Shown: positions 26,025 to 36,705, numbered from the stretch's first letter. The stretch is 64,000 bases of DNA from Tepidisphaera sp. (GCA_050916045.1 CP051526.1:1696001-1760000); one strand, 5' to 3'. Notes: a model not told the origin generated them from the sequence alone. Numbers and translations are program-made.

Positions 26025-26705
26025 TCAGCGTGGCATGCCGATGGCTTCCCTGATGCGGGCGGGCAGTTCCGCGGCGGTGTAGATCCCATCGGGAAAGCGG
26101 GTTGTGTTGCCGCCGTCGGGGTCGTCCTTCACCGGCAGCGCATCGACGGTCGGCCGCGGGATCGTGGGACCCGTGAGCGACACACCGACCGCGACCCGGC
26201 ACTTGCCCTCGCCCATCAGCACCAGACGGACACACGACGGGATGGTGTCATCGCCGGCCTCGGGCGGCTTTGCTTCCCGGAACGCCGGAGTCCAGGCGTC
26301 GTGCGTGATGAGCAGGTATCGATCCGCCTCAACACGCAGCACGAGCGTGGAGTGGAGACTGTCGGGGTCCGCATCCCAAGCGGCGTCGGCGGTGGCGGTC
26401 ACCTCGGTCGCCAGCCTGGGCGCACGAAACGTCACCCGGTCCGGGTCGAGGTCGACATAGACCATCAGCGCGACGACCGTCACGACCGCGACGGCAGTGC
26501 CGACGATGATCGGGACTTTCCAGGACGCGCCGGACGTGAAGAACGAGTGCAGCCACACCGCGCCGACCGCCAGCAACGCGGCCAGCACGCCGGCGAGGAT
26601 TGCGGCCACTGCGATAAAGCCGAACGAGAAGCCTCGCTCGGTCATGATGTCGTCGTAGACATCGAGTTCAGCCTTGGTCGGAGCGCGGGTGTCGGTGGCG
26701 AGCAT
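26025..26705 (-). CDS. Hypothetical membrane protein (two TM helices)
   Basis: Two hydrophobic segments followed by a soluble domain; start approximate. Confidence 0.7.
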   Translation of the reverse strand: MLATDTRAPTKAELDVYDDIMTERGFSFGFIAVAAILAGVLAALLAVGAVWLHSFFTSGASWKVPIIVGTAVAVVTVVALMVYVDLDPDRVTFRAPRLATEVTATADAAWDADPDSLHSTLVLRVEADRYLLITHDAWTPAFREAKPPEAGDDTIPSCVRLVLMGEGKCRVAVGVSLTGPTIPRPTVDALPVKDDPDGGNTTRFPDGIYTAAELPARIREAIGMPR

Positions 26706-26952
26706 GACAGACCTCTGCGGGCGGTTCCAAGCTGCGGGCAACAGCGGAAAAGCCTACGCCGCGACGGTCGCGCTCGCCGTGTCGCTCCACGGCCCGATCG
26801 CCCCGCGCCGCGTCACTCATCGGGCGAGATAGTGGGCCTGCATCCCGCCGTGCGGGATCGCGAAGGAGAGCACGGTTCGACCCGCCGGATCGGCCGCTTG
26901 AGAAGCACGGCCGCCGCGCACGCCCGCCTTATCGGACAACGGCCCCGCCCGC

Positions 26953-29055
26953 TCAGTCTTTCGCCAGCGGCGCACGGCGGCGAGCGTTATCCGCGAGGAT
27001 CTCCTGCGTCCGCGCCGGGTTGTTCCGCCACGAATCGTCCTCGAGCGCGAGCAAAGCACGCGTCGCGAGGTAGTAGATCCGGCGCGTCGGCCGCGGATCG
27101 TTCTCGATCCGGCGCAGCAGGCCCTCCAGCTCCGCGAGCTCCTCCGCGGGAATGTCGGGCTTGGGCTCGCCCGGTTTGGCGTCAAGACGGCCTCTGGAAA
27201 CCGTCAGGATCTTTGCCGCCGCGCGCACGCCCTTGACCTCGGCGAGCCACGGGTCTTCCGGTTCGCACCGCGCGGTCCATCCCGCGACCGCGCGGTCCAT
27301 CACCTCCAGAGCCTCCGCGAACTTCTCGTCCTGAAGCAGCCAGATCCCTTCGAGAAGCGTCCAATTGAGATGCTCGACGCTCCCCTCGGGACTCGCGGCT
27401 TGATTCTGCCGGGCCTCCTCGATCCGCCTGTCCCAGATCCCCCTGCGATACCCGGACTCGTCGAAGAACGTCGGCCCGCTCATCGCTTCCATCAGGGTGA
27501 ACACGGGTGTCGAGCTGTCGCGCCACCGCGAGTCACGGGCGATGGTGAGGGTCTTGGTCGTCGTGGCCAGCAGCGTGCGCACGTTGTCGAGCGTCTTCTG
27601 TCCGGCCTGCTCGCGCTCCATGACCATCTTGAGATCCATCTGGTGCGACTGCGCCTGCTGCCACACGATGGCGCCGACGACCATGCCGGCGGCACCGATG
27701 ACCGCCGCGAGGGCGGCCGCCTGCTGCGGCGAGCGGCGGGCCCACATCGAGAATCGCCGCTTGAGCCCCAGCCCCATCCACTCGATCGGCTCGCCCGCCT
27801 GCCAGGCCCGCAGGTCCGAAGCCATCGCTTCGGGCGTCTGATATCGCTTGCGCGGGTCGAAGTCGACCGCCCGCGCGACGATGCGACGAAGCTCCGGGTC
27901 TTCGATCGAGGCGAGCTTGGCTTCAACGGTCGCGGCGTGGAGGTCCGGATTGGAGAGCGCACGCTCCGCGTCCGCCGCGGTCGAGCCGTGGAGCACCTGC
28001 CCCGTGAGGGCCCATGCGAGCGTCGCGCCGGTTGCGTAGGTATCGACGGTCGGCCGGCGCCACTCGCCGGCGCGGGAACGCTGCTCGGGCGCCATGAACC
28101 CCAGCGTGCCCCGGCCGGCGCCGCCGTCATCCCCGTGCTCGGCCCAGACCGACATGCCGAAATCCGCGATCTTGACGCGACCATCGGAATCCATGAGGAG
28201 GTTCAGCGGCTTGATGTCGCAGTGGAGCATCCCCGCGTTGTGAACGGCCTGGAGCGCCTCGCAGACATCGCGAACCGCGGCGACGGCCGCCGTGATCTTC
28301 TTCGAGTCAACGTTCTGGAACGCGTCGGCGAACGTGCGGCCTTCGAAGACCGGCGTGACGATGAAGACCTCGCCGTGCGGCGTGCAGCCCGCGTCGTAGA
28401 TCGGGATCACACCCGGATGGGCGACGTGGCGGGCCCGCTCGGCTTCGGCGAGTAGCTTGCGGAGCGGGACGTGCGACCCACGCTCGCCCCGGAGCAGTTT
28501 GACGGCGACCCACGCCGGCCGCTCGGAGGTTCCCAGTTCGTGATCGATCGCGCGGTAGACGGACGCGTGGCTGCCCGCGCCGATCCGGTGGATCAGTTGG
28601 TATCGCGGCTGACCGTCCTCGCTGGGCGAGCCCAGGCGGCGGGGGAGCTTCTCCGTGGGCGCCGGATCGGCGTCGATGTCCGAGCCCAGCAAGCTGCTCA
28701 GCACCTCGGCCGTGGTGATCGCTTCCTCCCACTCGGGGCATTCCGCCCGGATCTCCGCCATCGCGACCGCTCTCGCGGTTCCCTTGGCGATCTTGGCGTG
28801 CACGATCGCGCGGATCGCCGTGTCGACAAGCACCATCGATCCCGCGATCTCCGGGACCGCCAGATACTCGCGAAGCCCCACCGGCAGGTTGAGCATCACG
28901 CGCTGCTGCACATCCGCGCGGATCACGTCCGCCCACGTGTCCTCGTCCCAGTCCCCCGTCGCCGACGAAGCCACGAACCCGCGGAATCGCGATCCGCCCG
29001 AGCGACGGTTCCACTCCGCGAGACGCTCCGCGACACAATCCTTGACAAGTCTCAT
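26953..29055 (-). CDS. Ser/Thr protein kinase with TM helix and helical C-terminal domain
   Basis: IGAGSHASVY, VAVK, HCDIKPLN, DFG, GTLGFMAPEQ; ATGA overlap with the ECF gene. Confidence 0.9.
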   Translation of the reverse strand: MRLVKDCVAERLAEWNRRSGGSRFRGFVASSATGDWDEDTWADVIRADVQQRVMLNLPVGLREYLAVPEIAGSMVLVDTAIRAIVHAKIAKGTARAVAMAEIRAECPEWEEAITTAEVLSSLLGSDIDADPAPTEKLPRRLGSPSEDGQPRYQLIHRIGAGSHASVYRAIDHELGTSERPAWVAVKLLRGERGSHVPLRKLLAEAERARHVAHPGVIPIYDAGCTPHGEVFIVTPVFEGRTFADAFQNVDSKKITAAVAAVRDVCEALQAVHNAGMLHCDIKPLNLLMDSDGRVKIADFGMSVWAEHGDDGGAGRGTLGFMAPEQRSRAGEWRRPTVDTYATGATLAWALTGQVLHGSTAADAERALSNPDLHAATVEAKLASIEDPELRRIVARAVDFDPRKRYQTPEAMASDLRAWQAGEPIEWMGLGLKRRFSMWARRSPQQAAALAAVIGAAGMVVGAIVWQQAQSHQMDLKMVMEREQAGQKTLDNVRTLLATTTKTLTIARDSRWRDSSTPVFTLMEAMSGPTFFDESGYRRGIWDRRIEEARQNQAASPEGSVEHLNWTLLEGIWLLQDEKFAEALEVMDRAVAGWTARCEPEDPWLAEVKGVRAAAKILTVSRGRLDAKPGEPKPDIPAEELAELEGLLRRIENDPRPTRRIYYLATRALLALEDDSWRNNPARTQEILADNARRRAPLAKD

Positions 29056-29672
29056 CGTGCATTCCCTTCCAGAACGGGCCGGAGCTTTCCTCGGATCTCG
29101 TGCCACCGCATCCGTACAGCCGACTCCGTCATATCCAGCGCTTCGGCGATCTGGCGGTGCGAGTGCTCGCAAAGCCAGAGCTTCAGGATCTCGCGATCCG
29201 CCGGACGGGCGAGATGGTCGGACGCCGTCTTCAGAATAGCGGAATCGTCCGAATCCGACACGTCTTGTTCCATCCTCGCCCTCAGGATCCCGGCGAAGGG
29301 TTCATCCTCGGAAGTGGCCCGCTCCAGCCGCTTGAGCACCCGCACCCGATCGACCACGGCGTGCTGGATGAGGGTCCCCACCAGCACCCAGAACGCCCGC
29401 TCGGAGTCGAGCGACGGAGCCCCGCGGACCATCATCGCGTCGAACCGGCGAGCGACCGTTGACCAGAGGTCCTCTGAATCGGTGACCCCGCGCAAGCTTG
29501 GCCGGATGCTCGCGCGGCACCGCTGCCTGATGAGGGGCCTGTACTGATCGAAGATCTTCGCCGCCGCCGCCCGGTCGCCGCGCCTCACCCGCTCGAAGAG
29601 GTCTTTCAGCGACTCAAGCTCGGTGATCCGCCCGGTCAGGGTGGGTGTCTTGGATGGAATGACGCTGTCCAT
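29052..29672 (-). CDS. ECF-type RNA polymerase sigma factor
   Basis: RRGDRAAAAKIFDQYRPLI...DSEDLW (sigma2); REILKLW...SHRQIAEALDMTESAVRMRW (sigma4). Confidence 0.85.
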   Translation of the reverse strand: MDSVIPSKTPTLTGRITELESLKDLFERVRRGDRAAAAKIFDQYRPLIRQRCRASIRPSLRGVTDSEDLWSTVARRFDAMMVRGAPSLDSERAFWVLVGTLIQHAVVDRVRVLKRLERATSEDEPFAGILRARMEQDVSDSDDSAILKTASDHLARPADREILKLWLCEHSHRQIAEALDMTESAVRMRWHEIRGKLRPVLEGNAR

Positions 29673-29787
29673 GCGCACATTAGACACAATTGTGAGCAGA
29701 TCCGCCAACGAAATTGCTGAGGTCTTCGCTTGCACTGCCTGAACCGATCAGGGGGGGATACCCCGATCCGTTCGGGAGCTGGTCGCA

Positions 29788-30195
29788 ATGCTGAATGTTG
29801 CATTTGTCGTGGCCGTGGCTTTGACGGGGCTGTCTGATTCGAACCCGCTGAAACCGAGTGAAACAAGCGGTTTCGTGGCCGTGGAACCCCCCGTTCCCGT
29901 CGAGGACGAGGAGATCGGCACGGAGGAACTCCTCATCCTTCTTCAGATGATGTGCGTCATCATGAACTGCAGCTTCACCCAGAACGGGGCGGAACTGTCA
30001 GTTCAGACATGGGTTGAAACCCACCGGACTTCCGGACTTCGGCCCCATCTCAGTCCCGAAATCCGTGCCGAAGCAGGGGTCAAACTCCAACGGATGGATC
30101 ATCTCGCCGCGTCCGGGGCTGGACGCCTCGCGCCCGCGCTCCGTGATGAGTTCCGGGAATCCATCGCGAACATCCTCGAGGAACTCGGCGAATGA
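29788..30195 (+). CDS. Small hypothetical protein with putative signal peptide
   Basis: GGAG RBS; hydrophobic N-terminus; ATGA overlap with the next gene. Confidence 0.6.
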   Translation: MLNVAFVVAVALTGLSDSNPLKPSETSGFVAVEPPVPVEDEEIGTEELLILLQMMCVIMNCSFTQNGAELSVQTWVETHRTSGLRPHLSPEIRAEAGVKLQRMDHLAASGAGRLAPALRDEFRESIANILEELGE

Positions 30196-30512
30196 CACGC
30201 AAACTCGCGGCAAGCCAGATCGAAGCAAAGCTCGTTCGGCAGTCGGACCATCAGGACAAGATCGATGCCCTCGCCCAACGGGTCACGATGATCATCAACA
30301 CCATCCGGACGGACGGACGGTCGCTCCGCGCGGTCGGGCAGGCTCTTGGCATCAACCGCGAAACACTGCGGCGGATGTCCGTGGGCCAGTGCCCTTCGGC
30401 GGAACTGCTGATCCGACTCACGGAGGAGTTCGGCGTCTCGGCGGAATGGCTCCTGACGGGACGCGGGAACCAGTTTCGAAGCGATCGGGTCGGACACCAG
30501 ATCGCGAGTTGA
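30192..30512 (+). CDS. XRE-family HTH regulator
   Basis: SLRAVGQALGINRETLRR...PSAELLIRL...GVSAEWLLTGRG. Confidence 0.85.
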   Translation: MTRKLAASQIEAKLVRQSDHQDKIDALAQRVTMIINTIRTDGRSLRAVGQALGINRETLRRMSVGQCPSAELLIRLTEEFGVSAEWLLTGRGNQFRSDRVGHQIAS

Positions 30513-30587
30513 GCCGGCGGCGCGGCGCCCGGGATGGCGATGATGCTTCATGGTGAAGCGGACCGCTGTCGCGCGCTCCGCGGGTGA

Positions 30588-31961
30588 TCAGCAGCCTGCT
30601 TCGAACGCGGAGACGTACCCGCTGTAGTCGAAGAGATCGACGAACCCGTCTTGATTGAAGTCCGCGTCTCCGCCAGTCTCGAACGCCGTCACGAAGTCGG
30701 TGTAGTCGAAGAAGTCGACGAACCCGTCGCCGTTAAAGTCCGCCGGGCATTCTTCGTTGACGGTGAAGGAGATCTCGGCTTGGTTGTCGGTTTCATCGCT
30801 TTCGAGCGACTCGGCGTGGGGATCGATCACGAATGAGAGGATGCCGCCGTTCTGGAGATCGGTCAGGATCCGTCGGCTTTCGATGAGGGCCTGCCCGTCG
30901 GCGGGGATCGAGGTCTGACGGAACGAGTCGATGACGACTCCGTCCAGAAGCACCGCGACGTCGAAGTCTCCGGACGCCAAGCCGCCGATGTTCCTGATGG
31001 AGAGGTTCGTGTAGACCGAATCGCCGGGTTGAAAGTCTGTTTGCGGGCTGGAGGATCCTTCGGCGGACGTCAGAAAGACCGCCGCCGGTCGGGACGAGCC
31101 CGGGACGAGACTGAAGTTGAGGTTGGCCGGATTCGCGCCGTCGACGCGGAAGTTCGCGAAGGCGTCGTTGTTTGACTCGTCGGCTTCCTGGATGGCGTTT
31201 CCATCATCAAGTCGCAGCTCAAGAGTGTGAGCGCCTGCGGGCGGGATCCCGATGTCGACGTTGCGCACCTGACGCCGCTGTCCCCGGCTCATGGCGGGAT
31301 AGAAGGAATCGAAGACCGGAAAGCCGTCGAGCAGAATTGTGACTCGAACCGTCGGGCTTGCGAACGCCGCACCGAGGTTCTGGTATCCGAAGCTGATGAG
31401 GACGGGCTGCCCACCCGGTATGACCGCGAGGCTTTGCGTGGCGCCCGGCACGTTTGAAGCGATGAGCGGTCCACTCCACCCCGCCGGCGTGTCCACGGCG
31501 AGATCGGGAACGGAGAGCGGGTTGACTGTGATGAACGCGATCTGGGTGTTGTTGCTGGTGTTGCCGTCATCCACGATGCGAACCAGCACTTGTACGCTTG
31601 TCGGCGTGCTGACCGTGGGCATCACGACCGAATCCTGGAACTGGAGCACGTCGCCGCCGTTCGGGAACGACCTCGGGGTCGTGTCGAAGCGCTGGCGAGT
31701 GTTGTCGACGAGAATCTCGTACGAACGCATCTGCCCGGCACCCGGCCCGCGGTTTTGCACGAAGAAATCGACCCGAACCGTCTCGCCACTCCGCGCCGGC
31801 GAGGGAGTCAGGAGAACGTCGGTGAGGTCCAGATCACCCGTTTGCGCCCTCGCGGCACGGCAGGGGGAACCCAGTGAGAAGCCCAAGACGAGGATCGCGA
31901 TGAGTCGACTGATCGTGAGCACGGGACTCCTTCGGGCGCCGTCGCGCCGCAGCGGACTCAC
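30588..31961 (-). CDS. Secreted CARDB-domain protein with C-terminal dockerin-like repeat
   Basis: Signal peptide; EADESNN and ESDETDN CARDB ends; CPADFNGDGFVDFFDY...DFNQDGFVDLFDY...FEAGC. Confidence 0.85.
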   Translation of the reverse strand: MSPLRRDGARRSPVLTISRLIAILVLGFSLGSPCRAARAQTGDLDLTDVLLTPSPARSGETVRVDFFVQNRGPGAGQMRSYEILVDNTRQRFDTTPRSFPNGGDVLQFQDSVVMPTVSTPTSVQVLVRIVDDGNTSNNTQIAFITVNPLSVPDLAVDTPAGWSGPLIASNVPGATQSLAVIPGGQPVLISFGYQNLGAAFASPTVRVTILLDGFPVFDSFYPAMSRGQRRQVRNVDIGIPPAGAHTLELRLDDGNAIQEADESNNDAFANFRVDGANPANLNFSLVPGSSRPAAVFLTSAEGSSSPQTDFQPGDSVYTNLSIRNIGGLASGDFDVAVLLDGVVIDSFRQTSIPADGQALIESRRILTDLQNGGILSFVIDPHAESLESDETDNQAEISFTVNEECPADFNGDGFVDFFDYTDFVTAFETGGDADFNQDGFVDLFDYSGYVSAFEAGC

Positions 31962-32139
31962 GGATGGTGCATCTCGGGGACACTCGCCCGCTCAAGCCCG
32001 GCTGAGAAAGCCCTCATCTCGCGATGTGCGAGGGGTGAACTTCTGCGAAGCAGGGGCGGCGACCTTGGCGAGCAAAGGGCCGGATTCGGCCATAGGCCGC
32101 GATCCAAAGCCATTGGGGCTCGAGCGCGGCGGAAAGAAA

Positions 32140-32222
32140 TGGGCGAGGAGGGATTCGAACCCCCGAAGGCGTAAGCCAACAGATTTACAATCTGTCCCGT
32201 TTGGCCACTCCGGAACTCGCCC
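32140..32222 (-). tRNA. tRNA-Tyr(GTA), CCA not encoded
   Basis: Acceptor GGGCGAG/CTCGCCC; anticodon arm ACAGA-TTGTAAA-TCTGT; long variable arm; GGTTCGAATCC. Confidence 0.97.
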
Positions 32223-32431
32223 GACTTGTCAAGCCCGACCGGTGCCTCATCGGCCCGATCGGGTGCCAAATATAGCCCAACACCCGGCGGACGGCAATTC
32301 GCGGGCCTCAGCGGGGTGCGGCGGCTTCTGGGACGCTCGCGGGCGCCCCTGGGTGGCGCGGTGCGGGGCGGTCTGGTATCTTCCGGGCATCTTCGCGGGT
32401 CCGCATTCGCGGCCTGCTCAGGAGGTTGCCC

Positions 32432-34828
32432 ATGAGCCCTCGATTCTCCACGGTGGCGATCGGTTGCGCCGCCTTTCTCGCACACCAAGCTCAGCCCGCA
32501 TGGGCCCAGCCGGCCAGCCCGATGCATGCCGCCGCCGTCGCGCCGGTGTCGTGGAAGGACGTCGAGGTCGGCGGCCCGTTCTGGGGGCCGCGGCTTGCCG
32601 CGCTGCGAGCAGGGACGCTTGCCGCCAACCGCCACCAGTGCGACATCACCGGGCGCATCGCGAACTTTGAGAACGCGGCTCGCAAGCTCAAGGGCGAGAA
32701 GGAAGTCCCCGAGTACCAGGGCTTGCTGTTCAATGACTCTGACGTTTACAAGATGCTCGAGGGGTGGTGCTACCTGCTCGCGACCGAGAAGGACGCTTCG
32801 GTCCGGGCCGAGTTCGAGCGCGACATCGACGGGCTGATCGCGAAGATCGCCGCGGCTCAGCTGCCCGACGGGTACATCAACACGTACTACACGCTCAAAG
32901 CCGGCCTCGACAAGCGGATGACCAACGAGATCTGGGACCATGAGACCTACTGCATGGGCCACCTGATTGAAGCGGGAGTCGCGCACTTCCAAGCCACCGG
33001 CAAGCGATCGCTTCTGTCCGTCGCGATCAAAGCGGCAGACTACCTCGGGTCGGTGTACGCACCCGGCAAGCTCTCGACGCCGTCGGGCCATCAGGAGATC
33101 GAGCTCGCGCTGATCCGCCTCGCAGAAGCGACGGGCGAATCGAAGTACAAGGCCCTCGCCGTGTCCATGCTTGACATGCGGGGTAAGCCCCACACCACGC
33201 ATGACGGCAAGACCGTGCCGCCGTGGGGGGACTACGCCCAGGACCACGCTCCGGTCGTCGATCAGCGGGAAGCGGCCGGGCACGCCGTCCGAGCCGGGTA
33301 CATGTACGCCGCGATGACCGATCTCGCCGCACGCGGGGACCGCCGGTTCGTCCCTGCTCTTGACGCCATCTGGAACGACATCACCCAGAGGCGGATCTTC
33401 GTCACCGGAGGCATCGGCCCCAGCGGTCACAACGAGGGGTTCACGGTCCCGTACGACATCCCGGTCAACTCGGCGTATCAGGAGACGTGCGCGTCGATCG
33501 CCCTCTGCATGTGGGCGCAGCGGATGTTCACGGTTGAGCCGGACGCAAAGTACTTCGAGCAGTACGAGCAGACCTTGTACAACGCGGTGCTCGCGGGCGT
33601 GTCGCTCGACGGGTCGCGGTTCTTCTACGTCAACCCGATGGCGACGCGTGGCGGGCATCAGCGCCAGGATTGGTTCTCGTGCGCGTGCTGCCCTCCGAAC
33701 GTGCTGCGGTTCCTGGGGTCGCTGGGTGGCTCGATCTATGCCGTGAGCGGCGACACGATCTACCTCAACCTCCTCATCGAGAACAAAGCGACCGTCCGAG
33801 TCGGCGGCCAGCCGGTCGAGATCGAGGTCAAGACGGCGTACCCCACGGGCGGCGCGACGACAGTCTCGGTGCGGAACAACACCGGCCGGGAGGTGAAGCT
33901 CGCCATGAGGCAACTCCCCGGGATGCAGCAGGCGGATCCGGCCGCCGCGACCGGCGACGGCTATCTGCTGTCACGCGTCCCCGCGGGCGAAGCGATCACC
34001 CAGCGGTTCGAAGTCGAGCTCGCGGTCAAACGCGTGTACTCGGATCCGCGGGTGAAAGCGAGCGTGGGACGGGTCGCGGTGATGCGCGGGCCGCTGGTGT
34101 ATGCCGCGGAGGCGATGGACAACGACGGGTCGGTCAAGGACCTCGTGCTCCCGGTCTCATCACCGATCGAAGAGACCAAGTCCTCCGACGGCACGGTGCT
34201 TCTCAAAGCAAGCGGCGTTCGTGTTTCGGGAACTGCGGAACTCGGGCTTTACCGATCGGGCGGCGAGCTCAAGCCCACAACGATCACGCTCCGTCCGTAC
34301 TACGCCTGGGGAAACCGCAAGCCCGGGGACGGCATGTCGGTCTGGATCGCCGAGACCTCGCAGGTGCTTGATCCGCTGCCGCGACCGGGGGTGTCCGCTT
34401 CCGCGTCGTTCGTCGGTCACGGGGACGGCCTGCTCGCGATGTACGACCGGGTTCTGCCCGAGAACGCGAAGGACGCCACCGTGCCGCGGATGTCGTTCTG
34501 GCCGAAGAAGGGCCAGCCCGACGGCTCGGGCGAGAGCAAGCAGTGGGTGCGTTACGACTTCGCATCGCCGGAGACGGTGGGGGAGGTGACCGTCTGGTGG
34601 TTCGACGACACCGGCACCGGCGAGTGTCGTTTGCCCAAAGCGTTCACGGTCGAGTATCTCGACGGGCAAGCGTGGAAGCCGGTCGCAAACGCGAGCGGAG
34701 GATCCATCGCGATCGACGCTCCCAGCACGCTTCGCTTTGGTGCGGTCACGACCAAGAGCCTGCGGCTGAACGTCACGCTGCCGGACGGGATGTCGACCGG
34801 CATCCTTGAGTGGGGCTTTGGGAAGTAG
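32432..34828 (+). CDS. Glycoside hydrolase family 127 (beta-L-arabinofuranosidase-like), secreted, with C-terminal galactose-binding-like domain
   Basis: AGGAGG RBS; FNDSDVYK, GHQEIELAL, GHAVRA, YQETCAS, CACCPPN. Confidence 0.93.
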   Translation: MSPRFSTVAIGCAAFLAHQAQPAWAQPASPMHAAAVAPVSWKDVEVGGPFWGPRLAALRAGTLAANRHQCDITGRIANFENAARKLKGEKEVPEYQGLLFNDSDVYKMLEGWCYLLATEKDASVRAEFERDIDGLIAKIAAAQLPDGYINTYYTLKAGLDKRMTNEIWDHETYCMGHLIEAGVAHFQATGKRSLLSVAIKAADYLGSVYAPGKLSTPSGHQEIELALIRLAEATGESKYKALAVSMLDMRGKPHTTHDGKTVPPWGDYAQDHAPVVDQREAAGHAVRAGYMYAAMTDLAARGDRRFVPALDAIWNDITQRRIFVTGGIGPSGHNEGFTVPYDIPVNSAYQETCASIALCMWAQRMFTVEPDAKYFEQYEQTLYNAVLAGVSLDGSRFFYVNPMATRGGHQRQDWFSCACCPPNVLRFLGSLGGSIYAVSGDTIYLNLLIENKATVRVGGQPVEIEVKTAYPTGGATTVSVRNNTGREVKLAMRQLPGMQQADPAAATGDGYLLSRVPAGEAITQRFEVELAVKRVYSDPRVKASVGRVAVMRGPLVYAAEAMDNDGSVKDLVLPVSSPIEETKSSDGTVLLKASGVRVSGTAELGLYRSGGELKPTTITLRPYYAWGNRKPGDGMSVWIAETSQVLDPLPRPGVSASASFVGHGDGLLAMYDRVLPENAKDATVPRMSFWPKKGQPDGSGESKQWVRYDFASPETVGEVTVWWFDDTGTGECRLPKAFTVEYLDGQAWKPVANASGGSIAIDAPSTLRFGAVTTKSLRLNVTLPDGMSTGILEWGFGK

Positions 34829-34887
34829 GCCGCGGAGCCGAACCTCACTCGGTTTGCCGGACGAAGCACCCATCACCAGATCAACGC

Positions 34888-34922
34888 AAAAGGGGACGGA
34901 CCACGAAGTCCGTCCCCTTCTT
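34888..34922. terminator. Probable bidirectional terminator between convergent genes
   Basis: AAGGGGACGGAC-CACGAA-GTCCGTCCCCTT with A-run and T-rich flanks. Confidence 0.75.
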
Positions 34923-34944
34923 CATGTTCGGTTGACTGTTGAGA

Positions 34945-35613
34945 TCAGGCGTTCACGACGGGAGCGGCGGGCCCACCCGCGCCGGGGGCCGGCTGGGGCT
35001 TGGCGAATCCGAGGAACTTGGCGTTGTGCCATTCGACGCCGGTCTTGGCTCGGGCTTCGAGCTTGATGCTCTGGACGAACCACCCGAGGAGGCCCTTGGC
35101 GGCGTTCTCGCCGAAAAGGCGCTCATCGAGGATCAGCATGGTGATGGAAAGCTGTTCGGGGCTGACGAAGAAGACCTCGATGACGACCGAGGGTTCCTTA
35201 TTGGGGATCGGGCCGGCTTCGGTCGCTTCCTGAAGGAGGTACCGGTCGGACTGCTCGGTGTGAACGGGGCGCTGGATGGCGAAGCTCTTGGGCGGTTCGC
35301 CGGTGGCGGTCAGGGATCGGTCCAGCACGCCGAGCACGAGCATGCCGGTGAGGTTCTTCCGCATGTTCTGCTGGATGACGCCGTGCACGCGGGGCGCGAG
35401 GTCGGAAAGCAGCGCGGGAGGGCAGATCTCCTGGTCGTAGATCAAGAGGAGCGAGTCGGCGACGTTGTTGGGCGCGGGGGAGAAATGGACGTTGAAGAGC
35501 GCGAACGGCTTCTCGTCCGGCTTGGGTGCTTCGGCGGGTCCCGTCTGGCGGCGCAGGTGGGACTGGAGCGAGTGCGGGTTGGTGACGAAGACGTCGACGG
35601 AGAAGTTGAACAT
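34945..35613 (-). CDS. Hypothetical protein
   Basis: GAGG RBS; 222 aa; codon usage like neighbouring core genes. Confidence 0.7.
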   Translation of the reverse strand: MFNFSVDVFVTNPHSLQSHLRRQTGPAEAPKPDEKPFALFNVHFSPAPNNVADSLLLIYDQEICPPALLSDLAPRVHGVIQQNMRKNLTGMLVLGVLDRSLTATGEPPKSFAIQRPVHTEQSDRYLLQEATEAGPIPNKEPSVVIEVFFVSPEQLSITMLILDERLFGENAAKGLLGWFVQSIKLEARAKTGVEWHNAKFLGFAKPQPAPGAGGPAAPVVNA

Positions 35614-35661
35614 GCGATCCTCGGGGTAAGCCGCGCGGGCACGAAAAACGGCAGCCGGAGG

Positions 35662-36705
35662 CTACGCGCCGTGCCGTGAGGTTTCCGCCAATTCGGCGAG
35701 AATTCTCCGTGCATCCCCGGAGTCGATCGCCCGCCCCGCCATGTCGATCGCCGGCCCCCAATCCGCCGCGACATCGGTCACGACCAGCGACGCGGCCGCG
35801 GCGAGAAGGACGGCGTCGCGCTTGGCACCCCGGTCCCCGGCGAGCACGCTTTGAACGGCCTCCGCGGCCTGATCCAGCGTGCCAACCTCGAGGTCCTGCC
35901 TGGGTGAGCGGGCGATGCCCAGGGTGGTGGGGTCAAGCTCAAAGACCCGGACCCCGGCTGCGGTCACCTCGGCGATGCGGGTTGGGGCGCTGACGGAGAT
36001 CTCGTCCATTCCGTCCCGGGAATGGAACACGACGGCCCGCACGGCTCCGAGGCGGCGGAGCGACTCGGCCATCGGCTCGACGAACCGGTCGGCGAAGACG
36101 CCGAGCACCTGACGGTCGGCGTTTGCGGGGTTGGTCAGCGGGCCGAGAAGGTTGAAGATGGTGGGGATGCCCAGCGCCTGTCGCGCCGGGGCCGCGTGCT
36201 TCATCGCCGGGTGGTGGTGCACCGCAAAGCAGAAGCAGACGCCGACGCGACGCAAGCACTCGGTCTGTACCGAGGCGGGAGCGTCCACGCGCACGCCGAG
36301 CCGTTCGAGGACCTCCGCCGAGCCTCGACCGGAGCGAGACCTGTTGCCGTGTTTGGCGACGAGCATCGGCCTCTGGGCCCGCCGGGCGGCCGCGGCCGCG
36401 ACCAGAGCCGCTGCCGTCGAGATGTTGAAGGTCTTGGGAGTGCCGCCGGTGCCGCAGGTATCAAGCACGGGTCCGACGTACCCCCCGGGCAGGGGCACCG
36501 CCGTGACGTGTTGCCTCATGACGCGGCCGGCTCCGACGAGTTCCTCGACGCTGGGGCCCCGCACCGCGATCATGCCAAGGACCGCTCCGATCTGGGCGTC
36601 GGTCAGCTTGCCGGAGAGGAGTTCCGAAAAAAGGTCTCCGGCCTGCGATTCGGTCATCGAGGCGCCGGTGCTGAGGAATGCGAGGGCGGAACGGGCGTCG
36701 AACAT
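35662..36705 (-). CDS. trpD: Anthranilate phosphoribosyltransferase
   Basis: DTCGTGG, FNIST, VAKHGNRS, IFNLLGPLTNPA, DGMDEIS. Confidence 0.97.
   Translation of the reverse strand: MFDARSALAFLSTGASMTESQAGDLFSELLSGKLTDAQIGAVLGMIAVRGPSVEELVGAGRVMRQHVTAVPLPGGYVGPVLDTCGTGGTPKTFNISTAAALVAAAAARRAQRPMLVAKHGNRSRSGRGSAEVLERLGVRVDAPASVQTECLRRVGVCFCFAVHHHPAMKHAAPARQALGIPTIFNLLGPLTNPANADRQVLGVFADRFVEPMAESLRRLGAVRAVVFHSRDGMDEISVSAPTRIAEVTAAGVRVFELDPTTLGIARSPRQDLEVGTLDQAAEAVQSVLAGDRGAKRDAVLLAAAASLVVTDVAADWGPAIDMAGRAIDSGDARRILAELAETSRHGA

Noticed and set aside
32140..32222. tRNA-Tyr as the island integration site
   Set aside because: No integrase nearby, and I found no duplicate of its 3' end in the window.
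31958..33913. Long antisense or alternative-frame ORFs (also 38171-40891, 38186-41020, 43042-44814, 49889-51835, 56485-58083, 61213-63012)
   Set aside because: They shadow well-supported genes, have no recognisable motifs, and are expected in high-GC DNA.
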